Origin: a virus | Direction: 5' to 3' (one strand) | IMG/VR virus record: IMGVR_UViG_3300046665_000434 | Location: 32,001-96,000 of that record | DNA: 64,000 nucleotides | In this document: piece after piece, positions 30,059 through 37,111 of the stretch | How the letters are laid out: the number at the start of each line of letters is the position of its first letter | Numbering within the stretch: position 1 is the first letter of the stretch | The notes under the pieces: model-generated | What the model was told of the DNA's origin: nothing | Seen by the model: only the letters and a program-made list of their open reading frames with translations | The model's database searches: none | Translations under genes and position numbers: made by a program

Positions 30059-30487
30059 ATGCATTTAGTCAATGTTGACCAACAACACCTTGCTGTCGAC
30101 GCTATGAAGCACCTCAGAAATCGTGTGGTGATTCGTAGTAACCCAGGTCAGCCGGTGACGTTACAGCTCCTGACGAGTCTGAAAGAAGCTGGCTGGACCG
30201 TGATCTCTGGCGATTACGACAGCCTGTTAGTTGTCGACGAGTCCGGTAATCCGATGACGCCTGATCAACTTGAGGGGCTCGTCGTAATTGACAAGTCGGT
30301 AAAAGTCATGACAAGCGGTATCATCGAGTACCAGTATCAGGACACCGATTTGTTCTCGGCAGTAATGGCCAGCAAACATCGTCACTACTACAGTTCTCGA
30401 ACAGTACTCAGTAGCAAATCTCGTAGTGAGCGGGTCCCTCACAGACTCCGATCGGGCGAGGGTAATCGTAAGGGACCTATGGGATAA
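30059..30487 (+). CDS. hypothetical protein
   Basis: SD AAGGAG; shared C-terminal motif. Confidence 0.75.
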   Translation: MHLVNVDQQHLAVDAMKHLRNRVVIRSNPGQPVTLQLLTSLKEAGWTVISGDYDSLLVVDESGNPMTPDQLEGLVVIDKSVKVMTSGIIEYQYQDTDLFSAVMASKHRHYYSSRTVLSSKSRSERVPHRLRSGEGNRKGPMG

Positions 30488-30492
30488 TCGCC

Positions 30493-30768
30493 ATGCCGCA
30501 ATACGAAGTTGGTGATGTGGTCTATGCGATTAAGGAACTCAGAGATCCGCCTTCTGGAGATAGTCCGGGCGGGTATCTGTGTGACTTTGCAGATAAGCTG
30601 ATCATCCGTGATGTATTCCTCCCCAAGAATGGAATGCACTCGTATCTGGTGTCTCATGAGCCTAGGGTAAAACCGCCTTGGTTTCAGATATACGGTAACG
30701 AGATCAGCACCATGAAACATTTCTCCCACAACAAACCTTTTCACTGGACAAGGCCCAATGGATATTGA
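30493..30768 (+). CDS. hypothetical protein
   Basis: YEVGDVV start typical of small beta-barrel phage proteins. Confidence 0.6.
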   Translation: MPQYEVGDVVYAIKELRDPPSGDSPGGYLCDFADKLIIRDVFLPKNGMHSYLVSHEPRVKPPWFQIYGNEISTMKHFSHNKPFHWTRPNGY

Positions 30769-30954
30769 AGAACAATGCGGTTGTAATGACGAACGTATGT
30801 GTCGCGGCCACACTCAGGAAGGTCTGATCGGACTGAGTTTCCTGCTGGTCGGTTTGCTCGCCGGACTTTACCTGACCTTCTGGAAGTAATAACACACCAG
30901 CCCTTACAGGCTGGTGTGTATTTCATTTGTGCCGTAAAATATATAGGAAAGGTA

Positions 30955-31533
30955 ATGAACGATATTCGTAAAGCTAAGGCAAAACGTCATGAACAACAAT
31001 GGCACACCGCTGTAGAGTCCCTGCTACCAATATTGCCTACTTTGGAGAATGCTGGCGATACGGTAGCAAAATATCTGCTACTGTTTATTCGAAACGCCAA
31101 GGAGGTTGGTATCCAAGAGATGCGAAAGCATTGTAACTTTGACTGGAAAGTTTCTGATGTAGGTATGGACCGAATGTCGGTCTTCCATCAGTCCCGGACA
31201 ATGAAGACACCGTACTTCTCTATCGAACGTATCTACGTCGAGAAGGGTACTTACGATGGCACTAACAATGTGTCAGCTGACGAGAAATTCAGAAAGGTTA
31301 TCCTCGACAGAGTGCGCGGCTACGATGTGGTGAAAGATTCGGCTATGGCGCTCACGATGCTGATACTTGGCCCTATGCTGAAACAGCTAGCGCCAGACAC
31401 AGATAGTCGAATCGTTGAATTCAAAGAAGACGCTGGATTACATTTAGTGTTCCAGGAAAGTGATAACCCTAACCTGTTCCTCAAGGTGTTTATTGGCGTA
31501 GCTTTCGAACACCCAAATTCGACCGGTAATTAA
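30955..31533 (+). CDS. hypothetical protein
   Basis: ATG after AGGAAAGG. Confidence 0.7.
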   Translation: MNDIRKAKAKRHEQQWHTAVESLLPILPTLENAGDTVAKYLLLFIRNAKEVGIQEMRKHCNFDWKVSDVGMDRMSVFHQSRTMKTPYFSIERIYVEKGTYDGTNNVSADEKFRKVILDRVRGYDVVKDSAMALTMLILGPMLKQLAPDTDSRIVEFKEDAGLHLVFQESDNPNLFLKVFIGVAFEHPNSTGN

Positions 31534-32152
31534 TTACCGCCGATCAATGTGTTATGCAACAGAGCCCCACATCTACCAACAGTAAGGAAACGACATGGGA
31601 AGCTTTGAGCTACTCTTGTTTGTTCTAACATTGGTTTGGGTGGAAGTCCTCATCGCACTGGTCAACCTCATCGTCTACAAGAGCTTAACGTTCGAAGTGG
31701 GCGGCAAGTCTGAGTTCTGGCTGGCAAGTAAGGTGCGTAGCCGCACGGTAGGTTTCCAGGACCTACACGACGGCGTTGGCCCTTTGATGAGAACTAACTT
31801 CATTCGACCACATCTGGCCACGTCCGACTACAGCGCAGGGCATTGGCCCCTGGTCTAGCCATAGTCGCTTGGGGATAATCATCGTCTGACGTGCCACTAT
31901 GGGTACGCCACCCCAACCACAACCGATGCTCCCAACACGGGATAACCGTGACGATCGTACGGAAGAATTGTCCGTACACACTCCAGCCGGTTCTTACTCG
32001 CTGAAGGCTACACCTCCGCCCCGAGGTAAATTCCAGTGACGGTTTAATGTGCAAGGCGGATCAAGGCTGGCTGGCCGATGCTTCCGTTTTAGCCATTATC
32101 CTAGGTACTGCGACAGGGGCGGTTTTATTTTCATAACCTGAGGTATTTTGTA

Positions 32153-32362
32153 ATGGTAGATCATCCTGAAGACGCAGCACCGAAGCAATCCGATTCTTCA
32201 TTGAAAGCAGGCGATCAAGTCTGGTTGAAAAGCGGGTCTCCGGCTCTTACTGTACGTGATGAAAGCTTGTGGGGCGTCGATGTCGTCTGGATGAACGGCA
32301 GCGCACTGAATGAGGCGCGTTTCCCAGCGGCCTGTCTCACCAAATCCCCCACGTCTAACTAA
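32153..32362 (+). CDS. YodC/DUF2158-like protein
   Basis: GDQVWLKSGSPALTV...W...F...L motif. Confidence 0.7.
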   Translation: MVDHPEDAAPKQSDSSLKAGDQVWLKSGSPALTVRDESLWGVDVVWMNGSALNEARFPAACLTKSPTSN

Positions 32363-32414
32363 GCATAACGCCGGTGGTCACCCACCGGCTTTATGTCGAT
32401 ATAAGGATTGATCT

Positions 32415-32771
32415 ATGAGCCATACCAACGAGAAAGGCAACGTTGTAAAGTTCTGCACTTGCGCCGATTGCATAGCTGCTGACCCAAAAACCCTATCGTC
32501 CACCATGGTGGCTGGGGTATTGAATCGAATCTTCAATGACCTATCTGGCGCATTGCGCACGTTCGGTGTCCCGTACACTGAGGAGTATAACGTCAACGTC
32601 CAGAAGTATCTCGACAATCAACTGGCCGCACATTTCCCGCTCCTTGGTGAAGCAAACCCTCAAGCGATTGTAGAGATCCTGGAGGATGGGTCAGTCAATG
32701 GTTCTTATCGTTTCTCGATGTCTGCTTATTCAAATACAGCACATGTCGACTATTCCGTGAAGAGGGTGTAA
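32415..32771 (+). CDS. hypothetical protein
   Basis: SD AAGGA; CxCxxC near the N-terminus. Confidence 0.7.
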   Translation: MSHTNEKGNVVKFCTCADCIAADPKTLSSTMVAGVLNRIFNDLSGALRTFGVPYTEEYNVNVQKYLDNQLAAHFPLLGEANPQAIVEILEDGSVNGSYRFSMSAYSNTAHVDYSVKRV

Positions 32772-32773
32772 TA

Positions 32774-33250
32774 ATGACTATGGAACTTCCACCGATCGAT
32801 CCTAGCGATGTTAAGGAATTTGTAGGATTCTTGCTGTGCTGCGGGTTAGCCCTGACCTTGTCGTTCTGGGTAGTGGTTTGGTCTTTCGACGCTTGGCGCC
32901 ATCTCTGGGCATGGATTGATGATAATCCAGAGCCCAAAACCAATCCGATGGTAGCGGCAATCATGCGGGCGTTTGGCTACACCGAAGTAGGTCCTCGCTA
33001 TATCTGGCAGACAGGGACAATCTTCTTAAACAAACGCGGTGTATCGGCTACCCTCCCCTACATCGAGATTTCGATAGGTCTATTTATCTTACCGACAGTG
33101 GTGTACACCATCATCTGTTGGTGGGATGTGGTATTGTCGGGCATTGCGCTGGTAGCTGTGGCATTTCTGGCGCGGTATAATCGACGGTTGTTGAAGAAGA
33201 TCGATAAACACGCCGCTGATACTTCGGCGCATGTTCAGAAGGATGATTGA
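32774..33250 (+). CDS. membrane protein
   Basis: three hydrophobic segments. Confidence 0.7.
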   Translation: MTMELPPIDPSDVKEFVGFLLCCGLALTLSFWVVVWSFDAWRHLWAWIDDNPEPKTNPMVAAIMRAFGYTEVGPRYIWQTGTIFLNKRGVSATLPYIEISIGLFILPTVVYTIICWWDVVLSGIALVAVAFLARYNRRLLKKIDKHAADTSAHVQKDD

Positions 33251-33251
33251 A

Positions 33252-33542
33252 ATGGGGTTGTTTAGTTTTCTCAAGGCATTGTTCTTCCCGGCGAAAGCAG
33301 ACGCGGTTGGGGCGCAGCGTATCCCTCTCGAAGCGTTCGAAGACATGAGAGTCAAGTTCGGCCTGGATTATGAGATCCATGTCGTGACGATCACCGGATC
33401 ATCAGGTTCTGTACAGCGGTTGTTCAGCAACGGCGATGTTGCCTACCGCACCAAACTTGATCGGATGGTCATCGTTCAATACCACGACATCACCGAAGTG
33501 CGGTACACGCCACCGGTCGATACCAACGGACATGCAGTATGA
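33252..33542 (+). CDS. hypothetical protein
   Basis: ORF abutting its neighbours. Confidence 0.6.
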   Translation: MGLFSFLKALFFPAKADAVGAQRIPLEAFEDMRVKFGLDYEIHVVTITGSSGSVQRLFSNGDVAYRTKLDRMVIVQYHDITEVRYTPPVDTNGHAV

Positions 33543-34057
33543 ACAAACTCTACATCTTAGGTGAGGACCACAACAGCCTTAAAGAGATAGCTCGTATCAA
33601 CGAACGTATAAAGGCTATCAAGCCTGACTACCTGTTGCACGAGCTGCTCTACACGGATCTGTGTCTGACTCGCGAAGAGATCAAACAACGGCTCGACGCT
33701 TGCTCAGAAGGCGGTATCTGTGATCCTCGCCTCAATAAGGATATCTACGAGTTGGGGTATGCTGAAAACATTCCACTTGTCGGTATCGATCTGGATCTGT
33801 CTGGTAGTGCGCGTATGACGCTGCGTAAGCAGTTTGAACTGCGCGAGAAGCAGATGGTGAAGATGATCGAACAGTACCGCACCAAGGGTACGGTAGTCGT
33901 CGTGGTAGGGGATGCTCATCTGAGGACACAATCCACAACCGAGTTAGGTCAGTCATCACCTATCCCGAGGATCTTTGCGGCCACGGCCACTATTGAACGT
34001 AGCCTTACTGCGAAGTATTCGGCAGAGGCGTCAATCCCATCCTGGCTTAAATGGTGA
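33539..34057 (+). CDS. EreA/ChaN/TraB-like fold protein
   Basis: ILGEDHN...LHE...RE..M...VVVVGDAH motif set. Confidence 0.55.
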   Translation: MNKLYILGEDHNSLKEIARINERIKAIKPDYLLHELLYTDLCLTREEIKQRLDACSEGGICDPRLNKDIYELGYAENIPLVGIDLDLSGSARMTLRKQFELREKQMVKMIEQYRTKGTVVVVVGDAHLRTQSTTELGQSSPIPRIFAATATIERSLTAKYSAEASIPSWLKW

Positions 34058-34061
34058 GACT

Positions 34062-34433
34062 ATGAACGAGTTCTCGTACAATAGCTTCAATACGTTCCTG
34101 AAGTTTCCAGACCCTACCCCGGAAGAAGTCCGGAAGATGTGCGTCAAAGTCCTCGATGAAGTGATGACGAAAGTCTCCGACTATCTGGCGACAACGATGG
34201 TGCTTCCGAACAAGTCCCGTGTTATGGCACAGCAGAACAAACGCAAACTCGCCAATTATTACCGAGCTCTGCTGAACCATGATGTCGAGAAACAGTTCGA
34301 CATCTATTTCCCGTTCGTAGGTAAAGGTCCTCACTGGCGAGTCTTTTGGACAGCTGACAAATCCACCATCTATATCTCTGGTGTTTATCACGATCACCAG
34401 AAGACGTATGCGGTGGAAGCGGTTGAAATGTAA
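34062..34433 (+). CDS. hypothetical protein
   Basis: ORF directly upstream of the tRNA cluster. Confidence 0.7.
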   Translation: MNEFSYNSFNTFLKFPDPTPEEVRKMCVKVLDEVMTKVSDYLATTMVLPNKSRVMAQQNKRKLANYYRALLNHDVEKQFDIYFPFVGKGPHWRVFWTADKSTIYISGVYHDHQKTYAVEAVEM

Positions 34434-34550
34434 AAAGTTACGGAAGGTGATAAGGTTATGTAAAACACCGACTGCCGCACTCATGCAGCCAGGTTGGTGA
34501 ATTACGAGGGATACCCGGCAATCCCAGCGCTCTGCGCTAAATCCGGCTTC

Positions 34551-34627
34551 GCAGTATTAGCTCAGTTGGTTAGAGCGCAGCACTGTCACTGCTGAGGTCA
34601 CCGGTTCGAGTCCGGTATATTGCGCCA
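34551..34627 (+). tRNA. tRNA-Asp(GTC)
   Basis: cloverleaf; CAGCA-CTGTCAC-TGCTG anticodon arm; G73 and CCA. Confidence 0.95.
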
Positions 34628-34634
34628 CTTTCAT

Positions 34635-34710
34635 TCCAAGGTAGCTCAGTCGGTAGAGCAGCACGCTGTTAACGTGTTGGTCCCTGGTTCGAATCCAGGT
34701 CTTGGAGCCA
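34635..34710 (+). tRNA. tRNA-Asn(GTT)
   Basis: cloverleaf; GCACG-CTGTTAA-CGTGT; CCA. Confidence 0.95.
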
Positions 34711-34716
34711 CACAAA

Positions 34717-34792
34717 GGGTTAGTAGCTCAATTGGCAGAGCACCGGTCTCCAAAACCGGTTGTTGCAAGTTCGAGTCTTGCTTAGCCCGCCA
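34717..34792 (+). tRNA. tRNA-Trp(CCA)
   Basis: cloverleaf; CCGGT-CTCCAAA-ACCGG; CCA. Confidence 0.95.
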
Positions 34793-34798
34793 TGTTTT

Positions 34799-34885
34799 GG
34801 ATGATGTAGAGACAGATGGCTACTGTCAGCGGACTGTAACCCCGCCGCTTCATGCTAGAGGTTCAATTCCTTCCTTCATCCACCA
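34799..34885 (+). tRNA. tRNA-Tyr(GTA), atypical D arm
   Basis: GCGGA-CTGTAAC-CCCGC, long variable region, GTTCAATT T loop, ACCA. Confidence 0.8.
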
Positions 34886-34892
34886 CTTTAAT

Positions 34893-35017
34893 AGTCTTGT
34901 AGCTCACTGGTAGAGCGCGTCCTTTCGGTTCGACTCCGAACATGCCTCGGCTTCGGCCAACGGCGTGATCTGGATACACGGACGAGGTAGCAGGTTCGAT
35001 TCCTGCCTAGACTTCCT
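34893..35017 (+). tRNA. tRNA-Val(TAC)-like gene with 50-nt insert at 33/34 (34925..34974), 3' end TCCT
   Basis: AGTCTTG/CTAGACT acceptor, GCTC/GAGC D arm, CGTCC-TT[insert]TAC-AC-GGACG, GCAGG-TTCGATT-CCTGC T arm. Confidence 0.8.
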
Positions 35018-35023
35018 AGCAAT

Positions 35024-35192
35024 AACTCTGTAGCTCAGTTTGGATAGAGCGTCCTCATTTTTCCCCTAGGGGGATTGCAGGTTCAAGTCCTGTCCATTGC
35101 AAGTCCCCTAGGGGAGCCTTGGCTTTGGTGGCGGAATTGGTAGACGCGAACACGAGGAAGGTCACGGGTTCGATTCCCGTCATGAGTTACCT
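35024..35192 (+). tRNA. tRNA-Val(AAC)-like gene with 90-nt insert at 33/34 (35059..35148), 3' end ACCT
   Basis: AACTCTG/CA(T)GAGTT acceptor, TCCTC-AT[insert]AAC-AC-GAGGA, ACGGG-TTCGATT-CCCGT T arm. Confidence 0.8.
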
Positions 35193-35198
35193 GTTAAT

Positions 35199-35296
35199 GA
35201 TCCCCACTCCACTAAATCCCTCAAGGCGTTCTCTTAGGAGTTGCTGAGCGATGGTGGTGCGAGTAATAGCAAGTTAAAACCTTGTGGGGGTCACCT
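35199..35296 (+). ncRNA. degenerate tRNA-like RNA (acceptor stem plus T-arm-like hairpin, ACCT end)
   Basis: GATCCCC/GGGGGTC stem; GCAAG-TTAAAAC-CTTGT 5-bp/7-nt hairpin at the T-arm position. Confidence 0.55.
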
Positions 35297-35303
35297 TTTC
35301 AAT

Positions 35304-35380
35304 TGGGGTATAGCCAAGTTTGGTTACGGCAACGGGCTTTGATCCCGTCATCGCTGGTTCGAATCCAGCTGCCCCTTCCA
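35304..35380 (+). tRNA. tRNA-Gln(TTG)
   Basis: cloverleaf; ACGGG-CTTTGAT-CCCGT; 1-72 mismatch; CCA. Confidence 0.92.
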
Positions 35381-35385
35381 TTTAC

Positions 35386-35466
35386 GATCCTTTGCGACAC
35401 GGTTGCGGTGCCGATCCTGCGATAGTGAAGCATTAGTCCCGGCACTCGACGCCGGGAGGATCACCC
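35386..35466 (+). ncRNA. degenerate tRNA-like RNA (ACCC end)
   Basis: GATCCTT/GAGGATC closing stem; CCGGC-ACTCGAC-GCCGG hairpin at the T-arm position. Confidence 0.5.
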
Positions 35467-35475
35467 TTTCGTTAT

Positions 35476-35565
35476 ACTAGGTTCCTGCCTCGGGCAGGCC
35501 AGCTGTAGGTGACTGCGCGCAACTCCACCTCGGCTGTATGGATAATCGCCATGACCTGGTCACCC
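35476..35565 (+). ncRNA. three-hairpin tRNA-like RNA (ACCC end)
   Basis: ACTAGGTT/GACCTGGT closing stem; CCTGCC/GGCAGG, CAGCTG/CGGCTG and ATGG/CCAT arms. Confidence 0.5.
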
Positions 35566-35570
35566 TTTAT

Positions 35571-35659
35571 AGTCCTCTAGCTCAGTTGGTTCAGAGCGTC
35601 CCCCTATCTTGCTAACGACATGGGGAAGGTCGTAAGTTCGAATCTTACGAGGACTTCCT
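35571..35659 (+). tRNA. tRNA-Val(GAC)-like gene with 11-nt insert at 33/34 (35606..35616), 3' end TCCT
   Basis: AGTCCTC/GAGGACT acceptor, TCCCC-CT[ATCTTGCTAAC]GAC-AT-GGGGA, GTAAG-TTCGAAT-CTTAC T arm. Confidence 0.8.
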
Positions 35660-35665
35660 ATTTAT

Positions 35666-35810
35666 AACTCTATAGCTCAATTGGTAGAGCGCCATCATCT
35701 TTAGGTTGCGGGTTCGATTCCCGCATGATCCGCATGGATCATTAGCTCAATTGGCAGAGCAGAAGATCACGCGATGGAGGTTGCAGGTTCGAGACCTGCT
35801 AGAGTTTCCT
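35666..35810 (+). tRNA. tRNA-Val(CAC)-like gene with 69-nt insert at 33/34 (35699..35767) that is a permuted tRNA, 3' end TCCT
   Basis: AACTCTA/TAGAGTT acceptor, CCATC-AT[insert]CAC-GC-GATGG; insert has a T arm, ATGATCC/GGATCAT acceptor hairpin and D arm. Confidence 0.85.
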
Positions 35811-35950
35811 AATGCTAGACCCACCGGGAAGCGGGTAAAACGCCGAGGGGTTGAAATTGGCGTGATGGCCTAGAGGCTCATGTTGGCCCGAATGAGAGTG
35901 AGCGCATTGAAATAATCGGGCCCCCGCATCAACTACTACTACTAGACTAG

Positions 35951-36493
35951 ATGGTGATGCTAATGTTCATGTTGAAAATTATGTCCGGTGAAGACCGGCC
36001 AGATTCTGATGTCTCGAAGTCGTTCAAGGGCGTTATCCTTGGCGATGGGATGTCGTTCGAGTTCTCCCGTAAGGTAACGACTGAAACGGCTCTGCTGACA
36101 TTGACGAGCCCAGATGGCTCTCACGTCACTATGGACCTCGCCGGTAACGCTTACATCGTAAGTAACACCGGTAAGACCGTGGCGTCATTCGCTTACAGTA
36201 ACACCAAGCTCGTTGACGCTGAGGTAGCTAACAGGCCTACGTTCAGCGAGCACGAAGATCGTCGACAGCGAGCAGCTGCGAAGCCGCTCAACTCTGTCTC
36301 AGTGAGTGCTGAAGCGGAAGCACTTACCAGTGCCCGCATCCTCTGGTTGAGATTACACGAACCTAAACGCCTTGACCGGTTGCGTGTATGTCGAAGAGCG
36401 GACGGCAGTCTCGTAGTAAATGATCAGGTCGACACGGTCCGACAATTGGATCAGTGGGGTGTCCCAAACACCTACGGCGAACTACTGAATTAA
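35951..36493 (+). CDS. hypothetical protein inside the tRNA cluster
   Basis: 180 aa ORF; C-terminal domain paralogous to 40371..40685. Confidence 0.7.
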   Translation: MVMLMFMLKIMSGEDRPDSDVSKSFKGVILGDGMSFEFSRKVTTETALLTLTSPDGSHVTMDLAGNAYIVSNTGKTVASFAYSNTKLVDAEVANRPTFSEHEDRRQRAAAKPLNSVSVSAEAEALTSARILWLRLHEPKRLDRLRVCRRADGSLVVNDQVDTVRQLDQWGVPNTYGELLN

Positions 36494-36685
36494 AGAGATT
36501 TGGCTCCAAGCGGAATCGGGGGATTTCTAACTTGGGGCGTTGTCAGAACAGACGTTGGGCGCGGTTGCTTGAAAGATAGCGTGCTAGCCCATCGAGTTAT
36601 GCTTCCTCCGGCGGCGTTCTGATAACTAAGTGACGGGCTTCAATCCTAAGCAAGCCGGGGACCAAATTCTATTGGAGATAACAAC

Positions 36686-37024
36686 ATGGCGTTGGTAAAA
36701 GTACGGGTTGCGGTGACTCGCGAAAGTCTGCTGGGTCGTCTTCTGCAACTCGATCCAGAGATGGATCTCACTGACAGTATCAAGGCGGTTGAAGTTGAGG
36801 CGGTTATCGATGAAGCTGGCGTGAATCATCCCGATTGGGAATTCAACATCAGCACCATTGCTCCGTTCATCACCGGCGTTGGTACTGTCGCAGGCCATGG
36901 CAAGATCAGCTTTACAGTAAACATGCAAGATGGCGCCCTCACCATTGAGTCTACAGAGGCTGCTAAAGACCTGCTGCTGGTTCTCAAGGTTACGACCGAG
37001 AATCATAACCACCGTCCGGTCTGA
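36686..37024 (+). CDS. hypothetical protein inside the tRNA cluster
   Basis: SD GGAG, 112 aa. Confidence 0.75.
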   Translation: MALVKVRVAVTRESLLGRLLQLDPEMDLTDSIKAVEVEAVIDEAGVNHPDWEFNISTIAPFITGVGTVAGHGKISFTVNMQDGALTIESTEAAKDLLLVLKVTTENHNHRPV

Positions 37025-37036
37025 CAAGTTTTTTTT

Positions 37037-37111
37037 AGTATCGTAGCTCAGAGGTAGAGCGCGGCCCCGATAAGGCTGAGGTCCGTGGTTCGAAACCACG
37101 CGGTACTACCA
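37037..37111 (+). tRNA. tRNA-Ile(GAT) with C33
   Basis: AGTATCG/CGGTACT acceptor; CGGCC-CCGATAA-GGCTG; ACCA. Confidence 0.88.

Noticed and set aside
34620-34913. 97-aa ORF in the ORF track
   Set aside because: Lies over three clear tRNA genes
35265-35279. AATAGCAAGTTAAAA matches the SpCas9 sgRNA/tracrRNA scaffold
   Set aside because: The match is short and AT-rich, is explained as the T-arm-like hairpin GCAAG-TTAAAAC-CTTGT, and has no nexus, repeats or cas genes nearby
35604-35621. Amber-suppressor (CTA), Ser (GCT) or Ala (TGC) anticodon within the 18-nt loop
   Set aside because: No convincing 5-bp stem with a 7-nt loop presents these triplets; the GAC register matches the three sister genes
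34893-35810. Inserts as group I introns
   Set aside because: 11-90 nt is far too short, with no P7 core and no common terminal G
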